From positions 1,536,001 through 1,600,000 of the forward strand of contig OY764216.1 in assembly GCA_963668315.1 (NCBI GenBank): a DNA stretch of 64,000 bases. Direction: 5' to 3'. Within the stretch, counting starts at the first letter, position 1. Every line of letters starts with the position of its first letter. Below are positions 49,544-59,032 of this stretch, one piece after another. This stretch comes from Spirochaetia bacterium. Lineage in GTDB: Bacteria > Spirochaetota > Spirochaetia > DSM-2461. A program made the position numbers and the translations under genes. Below the pieces are notes generated by a model that had not been told where the DNA came from, did not search any database, and worked only from the letters and a program-made list of their open reading frames with translations.

Positions 49544-51317
49544 CCAGAAAGCCCGCTTCTACGGGCGAAAGTATCTGACTCTGCTTCTGCCGGTGGTTAT
49601 CCCCCTCCTCATTCTGGGCCTCGTTTCCATGACGGTCACGGGAAATCTGATTAATCAGGAAATGACGGAACTGACCAGAAAACAGCTGGACGTGCTTAAA
49701 TATGATCTGGAGCAGACCATTGTGGAGATGGATTCGCTCAATCTTGCCTTCGCGTCGAACAATTCGGTGGTATCCGTGGTGGACGATGTACTTTCCCGGG
49801 AGGATACGATCTCCTTCGAGGATATCCGGCAGGTCAGGATTCTGCAGAATTTCCTGAATGCCCAGATAAACGGGAAGCCCTATGTGGACTCCTTCTACCT
49901 CTACCTGGAAGCCTATCCGGACCGTTTTTTCGATTCGGCCCGGGGAATTGTGGAGATTGAGGACTTTACCGATAAGGGATGGCGGGACAGTTATCTGGCC
50001 CGGGGGCAGGGAGAGCTCCTCTGGACGGAGAACCGGAATATATACCGCTACGACTTCGAGACGACGCCCCGGCCCTGCATTACTTTTTACCGCCGTATCT
50101 TTCCCGCCCTGAACAAACGGGACGGGGTCCTCGTGCTGAATCTGGACAGGACGTATTTCGATTCCCTGCTGGAGGATTCCCGCCTGTACAGGGAGCAGAG
50201 CATTTTCCTGCTGGACCGGTTCGGAGACATCATCCTCTCCACCGGAGACAACGGGAAAATCCCCCTCGGGGAGAACCGTAACGGACCGGCGTCGCCGGAG
50301 GGGGATTTCTCCCTGACGGGAGAACGGGGAAACCGCTATTTCCGTTATGTTTCGCCGGTGGACTACTACGGCTGGAAGATCGTTTCCCTGATTCCCGAAA
50401 AGAGTCTCACCTATGTGTATGACACGATCCGCAATCTCATCATCGTTCTTCTGGCCCTTTCCCTGTTCCTGGGCTTACTGCTCACCCTCTCCCTTATGAG
50501 GCGGAACTCAAAACGCGTGGCCGCCGTAACAGCCCTGTTTGAACAGGCCGAGAAGGGCAATATTCCCATCATTCCCCCCAAGGAACGGCATGACGAATAC
50601 GATTATATGATTCAGACCCTTATCAGGACCTTTCTGAATGAACGCTATGCCAAGCTGCAGCTTTCGGAGAGAAGGACCCGTGAGGAGAATCTGGAGCTGA
50701 AGACCCTCAGGGCGCAGATCAATCCCCATTTTCTGTTCAATACGCTGGAAAGCCTCTACTGGATGGTTTACGGAGAGGAGGGGCTTCCTTCGCCCGCCTC
50801 AATCATGATCAAAGATCTCTCCTCTCTCCTCCGCTACTCCATGGAGAACGGAGAGCGGGTGACCCTTGCCGAAGAGATAGACCACGGAAAATCCTATCTG
50901 GCCATTCAGCAAGTGCGTTACCGGGACAAAATCCGGGTCTTCTGGCATGTGGACGGTCAAACGATGAAGATTCCCGTGGTGAAACTTCTCCTCCAGCCCC
51001 TTCTGGAAAACGCTATTTATCACGGAGTACGCAATCTGCCCGGAGGAGGGGAGATCCATGTCCGGACTGAGCTGACAGGGGAAGGGGATCTTAAGGTTCA
51101 GGTCAGGGATAACGGAAAGGGAATGGGGGATGCGGACCGGGCGAAGCTGATATCTGTTCTCTCCCGGGATGTCCCGCCGGATAATCATATAGGCCTGTAT
51201 AATACCCACCGGCGTCTCATGCTGAATTACGGTTCCCCCTACGGTCTCAATTTTCCCCTCTGCCGGGAGGGGGGATTTGCCGTCTATGCCCTTCTTCCCG
51301 GAGTAATCGTGGAATAG
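49533..51317 (+). CDS. YesM/LytS-like sensor histidine kinase
   Basis: LRAQINPHFLFNTL, LQPLLENAIYHG, DNGKG, HIGL. Confidence 0.92.
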   Translation: MNSNQKARFYGRKYLTLLLPVVIPLLILGLVSMTVTGNLINQEMTELTRKQLDVLKYDLEQTIVEMDSLNLAFASNNSVVSVVDDVLSREDTISFEDIRQVRILQNFLNAQINGKPYVDSFYLYLEAYPDRFFDSARGIVEIEDFTDKGWRDSYLARGQGELLWTENRNIYRYDFETTPRPCITFYRRIFPALNKRDGVLVLNLDRTYFDSLLEDSRLYREQSIFLLDRFGDIILSTGDNGKIPLGENRNGPASPEGDFSLTGERGNRYFRYVSPVDYYGWKIVSLIPEKSLTYVYDTIRNLIIVLLALSLFLGLLLTLSLMRRNSKRVAAVTALFEQAEKGNIPIIPPKERHDEYDYMIQTLIRTFLNERYAKLQLSERRTREENLELKTLRAQINPHFLFNTLESLYWMVYGEEGLPSPASIMIKDLSSLLRYSMENGERVTLAEEIDHGKSYLAIQQVRYRDKIRVFWHVDGQTMKIPVVKLLLQPLLENAIYHGVRNLPGGGEIHVRTELTGEGDLKVQVRDNGKGMGDADRAKLISVLSRDVPPDNHIGLYNTHRRLMLNYGSPYGLNFPLCREGGFAVYALLPGVIVE

Positions 51318-51490
51318 GATCCCTTTTATCTTTGATATTGCACCCCTTTTCGTCATGGGTGGATAAAATGTGGGGATATTTCCTTAAACTGGTCCCTTGC
51401 GGGCTGGAAAAAGTGAACGTAAGATAAATCATAAACTATCAGGGCGGACCGGCACCGCTTCCGGACCGCCTGTGCAGTCAAGGAGTTTTT

Positions 51491-52759
51491 ATGAAGAAAA
51501 AAATCGGCTTTATCCTCGTCCTGTCGCTTATGACAGGCCTGGCGCTTTTCGCATCCGGTGATCAGGATGGGGGAGGAAAGAAGGAGATCCGTTTCGCCTG
51601 GTGGGGCGGGGATGCAAGACATCAAGCCACCGTGGCCGCCATAGACGCTTACAATGCGGCTCATCCCGAGACTTTCGTCAAGGCGGAGTACCAGGGCTGG
51701 GACGGTTATTACGATAAGCTGATCACTCAGCTGGCCGCCGGAACAGGCCCGGACGCTTTCCAGTTCGTCATCGCCTTTTTCAGCGACGTGAGAAAAAACC
51801 CGGAGATCTTCTACGATCTGAGACAGCTCCCGGGACTGGACCTTTCCGGCTGGTCCGATACGACTCTGGATATCATGAGTCTTGACGGTAAGCTGGTGGG
51901 AACGCCTCTGGGACAGAATGCCCGTATTCTTGTTTACAATAAGGATCTGGCTTCCCGTCTCGGCTTCACCGTTGACGGTTACTTTGACTGGGATGAATTC
52001 CATGACAAGGTTCAGGCCGCCAAAGCCAAGGATCCTTCCGTTGTGGGCTACAGCGGTATCATGGACCAGATGTACTACGCCCTTATGGGTTATCTCGTTC
52101 AGACTTCGGGCAAAAAATTCATAACCGACGATGTGGAGTTCGGCTTTACCGAAGCCCAGCTCGCCGAAGGACTTGCCATGTTTCTCCAGTGGTTCGAAGA
52201 CGGCACTCTCCAGGCTCTGAACAAAACGGCTCTTCTTAACAGCGCCTGGTCCGATCCTGAATGGCTTAACGGCAAAGTCCTCTTTTCCGAAACACCCGTT
52301 ACCCAGCTGGGACAGCAGATGAATTACGGTTTCGCCGCCGATATTACCCGCTACTGGGTTAAGGACGGCGCCGCTCTGACCGGTAACCCCGTGGGGCCGA
52401 ACATGATGTTCTGCGTAAACGGCAAAACCGCCCAGCCCGAGCTGGTGGCTTCCACGCTGAACTTCCTCCTTACCGAAGAGGAAGGTGTTATGGACATGGA
52501 GCTTCAGAGAGGCGTACCTTCCAACAAGAAGGCCTACGACATACTGGTTAAGAACAACATGATCGACGAAATGACGAAGAAAGCCATGAAGATCGTGGAC
52601 GATACGGACACGGGACAGTATTCCTACATGGATCCCAATGAAATCCAGGATGCTCTGAAAGACACCCTTCAGATCGTTGGATTCAAGGATCAGACACCCG
52701 CTGAGGCCGCAAAGAATTTCATGGAGAAGGGTAACCGGATCCTGAGCAGCTACAAATAG
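51491..52759 (+). CDS. Sugar ABC transporter substrate-binding protein (TogB/YesO-like)
   Basis: Signal peptide, IRFAWWGG..RH.AT, AEYQGWDGYYDKL. Confidence 0.9.
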   Translation: MKKKIGFILVLSLMTGLALFASGDQDGGGKKEIRFAWWGGDARHQATVAAIDAYNAAHPETFVKAEYQGWDGYYDKLITQLAAGTGPDAFQFVIAFFSDVRKNPEIFYDLRQLPGLDLSGWSDTTLDIMSLDGKLVGTPLGQNARILVYNKDLASRLGFTVDGYFDWDEFHDKVQAAKAKDPSVVGYSGIMDQMYYALMGYLVQTSGKKFITDDVEFGFTEAQLAEGLAMFLQWFEDGTLQALNKTALLNSAWSDPEWLNGKVLFSETPVTQLGQQMNYGFAADITRYWVKDGAALTGNPVGPNMMFCVNGKTAQPELVASTLNFLLTEEEGVMDMELQRGVPSNKKAYDILVKNNMIDEMTKKAMKIVDDTDTGQYSYMDPNEIQDALKDTLQIVGFKDQTPAEAAKNFMEKGNRILSSYK

Positions 52760-52778
52760 GCAATTTTCCCAAAACCTT

Positions 52779-52800
52779 CCCGCCCGGCTTCCCGGGCGGG
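52779..52800 (+). terminator. Intercistronic stem-loop after the binding-protein gene
   Basis: CCCGCCCGG-cttc-CCGGGCGGG perfect stem. Confidence 0.6.
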
Positions 52801-52822
52801 TATAATTTCAAATGAGGCTGAC

Positions 52823-53710
52823 ATGAATAATATTAAGAGAAAGGAGTATGTGGGATACCTCTATATCCTTCCCTGGCTTATCGGGTTCATAGCCCTGACC
52901 ATTGCTCCCTTCATTTCCACCTTCGCATTTTCCTTTACCGATTACTCGGTACTGAGCAGTCCGAAGTTCGTGGGGCTTGAGAACTACAAGACCATGTTCA
53001 CCCTGGACGATCTCTTCCTGAAATCGCTCAAAGTGACCCTGATATATGTTTTCTTCTCCGTCCCCTGCAAACTGGTATTCGCCCTTTTCGTGGCCATGGT
53101 CCTGAACCGGAACATCAAGGGTATCGGACTCTACCGCACGGTATATTACCTGCCCTCCATCTTCGGCGGCAGTGTGGCCCTTTCCGTCCTCTGGCGCATG
53201 CTATTCATGGGCGACGGGCTAATCAACCGCATGCTTTCGGTCATCTCCATAAACGGCCCGGACTGGCTGGGAGATACGCGTTATTCGCTGATTACCATAA
53301 GTCTTCTGCAGGTCTGGCAGTTCGGCTCCTCCATGGTCATTTTTCTTGTGGGGCTCAAGCAGATTCCCGATTATCTTTACGAAGCCGCCAAAATAGACGG
53401 CGCGGGAAGGATTAAGATGTTCCTTCATATCACTCTGCCCCTTCTGTCTCCCATCATCTTCTTTAACCTGATCATGCAGACAATCAACTCCTTCCAGACA
53501 TTTACCGCCGCCTATGTGGTCACGTCGGGAGGTCCCATGCACTCCACTTACCTGTACGCCCTGCTCCTCTACGATAACGCCTTCCGTTATTTCAAAATGG
53601 GTTATGCTTCCGCTCTGGCATGGTTCCTCTTTATGGTACTGCTTGTCGTCACCAGCCTGCTTTTCAAATCGTCCGGCTTCTGGCTGCACTATATGGATTC
53701 GGAGAATTAG
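52823..53710 (+). CDS. Sugar ABC permease
   Basis: EAA loop LYEAAKIDGA, 6 TM helices. Confidence 0.93.
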   Translation: MNNIKRKEYVGYLYILPWLIGFIALTIAPFISTFAFSFTDYSVLSSPKFVGLENYKTMFTLDDLFLKSLKVTLIYVFFSVPCKLVFALFVAMVLNRNIKGIGLYRTVYYLPSIFGGSVALSVLWRMLFMGDGLINRMLSVISINGPDWLGDTRYSLITISLLQVWQFGSSMVIFLVGLKQIPDYLYEAAKIDGAGRIKMFLHITLPLLSPIIFFNLIMQTINSFQTFTAAYVVTSGGPMHSTYLYALLLYDNAFRYFKMGYASALAWFLFMVLLVVTSLLFKSSGFWLHYMDSEN

Positions 53711-53712
53711 AC

Positions 53713-54540
53713 ATGAAAAAGAATACCCTTATCACTCACTTTTTTCTTATCCTTTTCGGGATCGTCATGGTCTACCCCCTGGTCTGGCTCTTCATGTCCT
53801 CCTTCAAGGAGACCATGGAAGTCGTTTCCAGCAGCAAACTGCTTCCGACCAAAGTCGTCTTTGACGGATATGCCAACGGCTGGAAAGGCAGCGGACGCCC
53901 CGGATTCGGACTCTTTATCGCGAACTCCTTTTTCCTGACGGCACCCACGGTTATCCTGACCCTTGTCTCCAGCATATTGGTAGGTTACGGATTTTCCCGG
54001 TTTGAGTTCCCCTTCAAGAAGATCCTGTTTGGATTGATGATCGGTTCCATCCTCCTGCCGAACACGGTACTGCTCATCCCCCGTTACCTGATCTTCCGTA
54101 ATTTCAAGGTGCTGGATACCTATCTGCCCTTCTGGATTCAGGCGGCAGCGGGAGTGCCCTTTTTCATCTTCATGTTCGTGCAGTTTTTCCGGGGAATCCC
54201 CAAATCCCTTGATGAATCGGCCCTGATTGACGGCTGCGGTTCCTTTAAGATCCTGATTTTCATCCTGATGCCCCTTATGGCGCCCACGATCTTCTCGGCC
54301 AGTATCCTGCAGTTCATCTGGACATGGGACGACTTTTTCCAGTCCCTGATTTACATCTCCAGCATCGCGCGCTTTCCCGTTTCCCTGGGACTGCGCCTTT
54401 CCATCGATGCCATGGGAATTCCGCCGTGGAATGAGATCTCCGCCATGTCGCTTCTTGCCATGACGCCGCCGATTATCATCTTCTTCTCGGCCCAGAAATA
54501 CTTTGTGGAAGGTATTGTGACGACCGGTATGAAGGGTTAA
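53713..54540 (+). CDS. Sugar ABC permease
   Basis: LDESALIDGC EAA loop, QKYFVEGI..G.KG end. Confidence 0.93.
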   Translation: MKKNTLITHFFLILFGIVMVYPLVWLFMSSFKETMEVVSSSKLLPTKVVFDGYANGWKGSGRPGFGLFIANSFFLTAPTVILTLVSSILVGYGFSRFEFPFKKILFGLMIGSILLPNTVLLIPRYLIFRNFKVLDTYLPFWIQAAAGVPFFIFMFVQFFRGIPKSLDESALIDGCGSFKILIFILMPLMAPTIFSASILQFIWTWDDFFQSLIYISSIARFPVSLGLRLSIDAMGIPPWNEISAMSLLAMTPPIIIFFSAQKYFVEGIVTTGMKG

Positions 54541-54547
54541 TGAAAAT

Positions 54548-54582
54548 GAGACTGGAGTTCCGCGCTCCAGTCTCTTTTTTTT
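54548..54582 (+). terminator. Rho-independent terminator
   Basis: GAGACTGGAG-7nt-CTCCAGTCTC followed by T8. Confidence 0.85.
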
Positions 54583-54611
54583 AGATCCGGTTCTTAACTC
54601 TGTTTTTTACC

Positions 54612-56285
54612 CTATTTACTGCTGCTCGCTTGTGTCTGCCGGGATAAGTAGTTCTCCAGGAAATCGTCCTGAAGCATCGGTTTGCCGAACAGATATCCCT
54701 GATACTGCTCGCAGCCCATATCATTCAGTATCTGGTATTGGGCCTCCGTTTCAATTCCCTCGGCAACGATCTCGATATGAAGGGCTTTGGCCATATAGAT
54801 AATCGATTCGGTTATAAGCCGTGCTTTATTATCATTTGTCAGATCCGTCACAAAGGATTTATCGATTTTCAGCGTATCAAGGGGATAGTCCCTGAGTTCC
54901 GCAAGGGAGGAGTACCCGGTTCCGAAATCATCAAGGGAAATCTTCACCCCCAGATTTTTAATGGCGTGAAGCTTAAGAAGCGACTCTTTGACATTCTCCA
55001 TTAACCCTGTCTCGGTGATTTCTATTTCAATCAGCCGGGGGGAAAGTTGGTATTTTTCCAGGCATTCCCTGATGAACAGGTGGAAATTGTAATTTTCGAA
55101 TGTGGATGGTGAGACATTGACTGCAACGGGAATTGCTATATTGTAATTCTGAATAAGGTTGGACTGCTGACGGCAGACTTCGTCCAGAACGAATATGTCA
55201 ATCTCTCCTATCAGTCCCGATTTCTCGGCTAAGGGCAGAAACTGGCTGGGATATATCCATCCCTTGTCAGGGGAGCGCCATCTTAACAGAGCTTCGGCCC
55301 CGCAGATCTGTCTCTCCCTATTAAGCTTAGGCTGATAGGCGACAATAAACTCATTGTTTTTGATAGCCCGATACATGTCCTTCTCCATTTCATTCAGATA
55401 GAGAACGGTCTCTTTCGTTTCGTTATGGAAAACTTCATAATCGGAGAGACAGGATTTTGCCCGCCTGAGCGCTTCCTGTGATCTTTCCATAAGCGTATTG
55501 GCGTCAATCCCGTCGTGGGGGAAGAAGGATATGCCGATATCTTTCTTCATCAGGCTTACTTGGCAGAGTGAATCCCCGTAATGGATTTTATCCACAATCG
55601 TTTCAAGGCTGTAAATCGAATTGATACGGGGGATCAGGATAAAATATTCGTTGACGGAATAGCGAAATATGCTGTCGTTACTCCTGAGAATTCTGCTGAG
55701 GTATTCAATGGGATCGGCCGGATCGGAAGAACCGGGGGATAAGAGGTTTTTCTCCTGCTCCCTTATCGGATGGAAGGATACGGCCATGACGACCAGCAGC
55801 TCCTGTTGTTTTTTTGCGGAATAGATGGCATTGCGCAGGGTATCTACAAATATTTTTCTATTGATCAAGCCGGATCTGCTGTCGTGATAACGCCTGTAAT
55901 CGAGGGCGTTCTGGATTTTCCTCTCCCTGTCAGGGTCAGAGAGTATCAGGATAATTCCCCGATAGAGCTCGTCATTCTGCATATTAATCAGGTACAGGGT
56001 ATAAGAGGACCAGCTGTCATCAAAACTAATTCGGCAGGAGAGGGATTTCTGGGTGTATTTTTTTCCCCGGCATGTTTCCTGAAGACATTTCATAAACATC
56101 TTTGTATCGGAATTATGAATTCGTTCTGTGAAATACTTTGTCTGTTCTCTGCCTGTGGATACAAAGGATAAACAGTTGTGAGAGCAGAATAGAATACGGC
56201 TTGCCCTGTCGATAATGAGAAAGGGCTTTCTTATTTTATTTGTAAAGTCATGAATGAGAAACCTTTCTTCGTCTGATTTCGACAT
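54612..56285 (-). CDS. PAS-degenerate GGDEF-EAL c-di-GMP phosphodiesterase
   Basis: GGDEF site reads RYSVNEY. EAL domain intact: EALLRW, EITE, DDFGTGYSS, KIDKSF, EGIE, QGY. Confidence 0.9.
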   Translation of the reverse strand: MSKSDEERFLIHDFTNKIRKPFLIIDRASRILFCSHNCLSFVSTGREQTKYFTERIHNSDTKMFMKCLQETCRGKKYTQKSLSCRISFDDSWSSYTLYLINMQNDELYRGIILILSDPDRERKIQNALDYRRYHDSRSGLINRKIFVDTLRNAIYSAKKQQELLVVMAVSFHPIREQEKNLLSPGSSDPADPIEYLSRILRSNDSIFRYSVNEYFILIPRINSIYSLETIVDKIHYGDSLCQVSLMKKDIGISFFPHDGIDANTLMERSQEALRRAKSCLSDYEVFHNETKETVLYLNEMEKDMYRAIKNNEFIVAYQPKLNRERQICGAEALLRWRSPDKGWIYPSQFLPLAEKSGLIGEIDIFVLDEVCRQQSNLIQNYNIAIPVAVNVSPSTFENYNFHLFIRECLEKYQLSPRLIEIEITETGLMENVKESLLKLHAIKNLGVKISLDDFGTGYSSLAELRDYPLDTLKIDKSFVTDLTNDNKARLITESIIYMAKALHIEIVAEGIETEAQYQILNDMGCEQYQGYLFGKPMLQDDFLENYLSRQTQASSSK

Positions 56286-56414
56286 TGATAATTACTCCCC
56301 GATTATACAGCAGGCCGAGTCGCCCCGTATGTACTCTTTCTCTATTTCTATAAGAATCGGTGAGTTATGGGAAATTGGGTAGGTATCACATTATAGCCTT
56401 TGGGGTATCATATG

Positions 56415-57512
56415 CTATCCGTTGATAAAATCCTTGTTATACACGAAAAGGAGCAGCTCCTCCTTCCCCGGGACATGGAATTTACGGTAAATTTTTGTTA
56501 AATGCTTTCTTACGGTGACTTCCGCCAGCTGCAGATCATAGGCTATCTCCTTTACCGTTTTAACTTCAGCGAATTTTGAAAGGATGACTTTTTCTCTGGG
56601 GGTTAGATGGAATCGGGATATGTCCAGGGGGGATTTTACCTCATCCGTCCCGGTCTCCACGGACAGTTTGTCCGCGATTCTCAGCGTCATTTCCCTGAGC
56701 TGGCTTATCTCTTTCTGAAGTTGAATGAGAATATCCCTGTTATCTTCCTTCTCATAGAATGAGAGAAACATCTTATTGCGGCTCTGTCCATAGGAGTTCC
56801 ATTGAAAACGCAGAGCGTTGGCCGACAGGACGACTTTTCTTCCGGTGGGACAGAGTAGAACCGCCTGAAACTTTACGGGTGTATCGACGGTATTTTCGGG
56901 AATTGCCTCCAGGAGGTTTATGGTCTCCTCTTCCATAATCTGATCAAGAAAGAAGAGTGTTTCCAGGGTTTTTTCCGTCAGCCCGAGCTGTGAAATAAAC
57001 GAGCCTTGGGCAATGTTGATCTTACGGGTAGGGGTATCAATTATCAGAATCCCCATTGTTCTCTGTTCCGGGGGGATACTGCACTCTTTATATACGATTT
57101 CGGTGGCTAACCGGCGGCTTATTCTCATATCCTTAGAGTAAAAGCACAGGATTTTCTTTCTGTTGCCAATTTCAGAGTGGAACTGGAAAGCCCTGACTAT
57201 TACAAATATGGCGGAACCGTCTTTTCGGTATATTTTCTTTATGAGAGTATGATCCGGTTTTTCCCCCTCAATCAAACTGTCGAAAGCTTTATTGTTTTCG
57301 TATAAGAAAACAGGGGAGGTGATGCATCGGTAGTTCATACAAAGGATCTCATCCTGAGTATAACCTAACTCATCGGTAAAGAACTGGTTCGCCGAGAGAT
57401 ATGATCCGTCCGAGTCAAGAAGGGCTATGCCGAGATCAGGAATATGATAGAGGGCATCCTGAAGCTTTCTGCTCTTTTGAAGAATGGGAAGGAAGTTGAT
57501 TTTTTCACTCAT
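56415..57512 (-). CDS. PAS-domain LuxR-family transcriptional regulator (paralogue 2)
   Basis: PAS GIALLDSDG..NQFFTDELGY, C-terminal LTPRE..KEIAYDLQLAEVTVRKHLTKIYRK. Confidence 0.88.
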   Translation of the reverse strand: MSEKINFLPILQKSRKLQDALYHIPDLGIALLDSDGSYLSANQFFTDELGYTQDEILCMNYRCITSPVFLYENNKAFDSLIEGEKPDHTLIKKIYRKDGSAIFVIVRAFQFHSEIGNRKKILCFYSKDMRISRRLATEIVYKECSIPPEQRTMGILIIDTPTRKINIAQGSFISQLGLTEKTLETLFFLDQIMEEETINLLEAIPENTVDTPVKFQAVLLCPTGRKVVLSANALRFQWNSYGQSRNKMFLSFYEKEDNRDILIQLQKEISQLREMTLRIADKLSVETGTDEVKSPLDISRFHLTPREKVILSKFAEVKTVKEIAYDLQLAEVTVRKHLTKIYRKFHVPGKEELLLFVYNKDFING

Positions 57513-57762
57513 ATTATGTTCTTCTTTTTACTTAGGCTATTATATTTTCCGACCTTCAGTGTCTTTTAAAGTCTGATAATGGCTTCTAATATGCACTATA
57601 GTTCTTTTGATGGGCACAATATAGTCCATCTTTTGTTATAAAACAAGATAAGATTGTTTAAATACACAAAAGATCTGTGACTATCCGATTATCCACCCTC
57701 AAGGATCGTATTTCCGTTGACGGATGAAGGGGGATTCTCAATTTATAGCTAAAGTGAGCAGC

Positions 57763-58866
57763 TCAGCCCGTGGACTCGGACTTCTTGTACTGCAGGGGCG
57801 TGAGCCCCGTGATGTTCTTGAATACCTTGTTGAAGGTCGATTTGGCGTTGAATCCCGAATCCAGGGCCACTTCCAGAATGTTGCAATTCCTGTACTCCTC
57901 CAGGAAGAGCCTTCTTTTGAATTCCTCCACCCGGAAAGTATTGATAAAGTCATAGAAATTCATACCCCGCTCCTTATTTATAATGCGGGAGAGTTCCGTT
58001 CGCGATGTCTTGAGCTGATGGGCCAACGTTTCCAAAGTCAGGGTAGGGTCGAGAAAGAATTTCTCTTTTTCCAAAATCAGTATGATTCGCCTGATCAGCT
58101 CACCGTCGCTTACCCCTTCCCCTTTCCTGCTCAGGGTGATTCTTTTGGTGACACGGTCCATACGGTTCATCCCCACCAGGCCCAGAACCATGATGACCCC
58201 CGTGAGGGAGAGGCTAATGAGGTGGTTGAACTGGTGCAGGGTACAGTCCTTGAAGAGCATAAGGAAGTCGGTTGCCAGAAATATGAGCAGAATCAGGAAA
58301 ATGGACAGAAAGAGAAGAAGCTGCCAGTTGCGGAACATCTCGTTATAGTCCTTCTGCTTCCGGAGCTGGCGGAAAACCGGCCTAATGAGAATCAGGCACT
58401 TAACGCCGTAGTACCAAATGGAAATCTGCATTCCCCCCCATATTATGCACTCTTCCGTGAAGGGACCCCGTCCCGGCTGTACGTAGGCGTCTCCATAGAC
58501 GATCTTTTCCGTTGCCGGGGAGAGGTAGAAGGGAGTCAGATAGGCCAGAATCAGAAGGAAAGGGATGAAGTGGATCAATTCCGGGCCACGTAATCGGGGG
58601 GCGTATCCCATCAGAGCCCGGATATAGAGATACAGAAAGGGACCTATCAGATACTGAGTGGGAATGTAGGATTTTATCAAAATGGGGAGGGTGGCATACC
58701 AGCCTGTGGGGTAGATGACTTCGTAGTTGAGGGTAAGCCCCAGAGAAAGGACCAGAAACCCCAGGAAAAAATTGCTCCCGCTTCGGTTCCTCTCCTTCAG
58801 CAGTAAGAGAAAATAGAAAAACGCCTGGAATATTCCAAACGACGTAATAATTGAGAAGGTATACAC
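57763..58866 (-). CDS. Membrane-anchored AraC-family regulator
   Basis: About 6 TM helices, then FLDPTLTL, NFYDFINTFRVE, SGFNAKSTFNKVFK. Confidence 0.9.
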   Translation of the reverse strand: MYTFSIITSFGIFQAFFYFLLLLKERNRSGSNFFLGFLVLSLGLTLNYEVIYPTGWYATLPILIKSYIPTQYLIGPFLYLYIRALMGYAPRLRGPELIHFIPFLLILAYLTPFYLSPATEKIVYGDAYVQPGRGPFTEECIIWGGMQISIWYYGVKCLILIRPVFRQLRKQKDYNEMFRNWQLLLFLSIFLILLIFLATDFLMLFKDCTLHQFNHLISLSLTGVIMVLGLVGMNRMDRVTKRITLSRKGEGVSDGELIRRIILILEKEKFFLDPTLTLETLAHQLKTSRTELSRIINKERGMNFYDFINTFRVEEFKRRLFLEEYRNCNILEVALDSGFNAKSTFNKVFKNITGLTPLQYKKSESTG

Positions 58867-59032
58867 GTGTCCTCTCCTTTTTCATTGTAATAGTAAACGA
58901 GTGAAAAGTCATTTTTTTTTGAAAAAAAGTCCCTTTGGATACAGACGGACGAATGATTTCGGGTATAGGTGTAGAAAAGAGAGGGAAGAAAGACAGAAAA
59001 ACGGGATTTTTGTGATTATTAGGGAGAAAAAA

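Noticed and set aside
57580..57595. Sigma54-like TGGC-N9-GC on the plus strand
   Set aside because: Lacks the CAC and TTGC consensus bases and points at no plus-strand gene.
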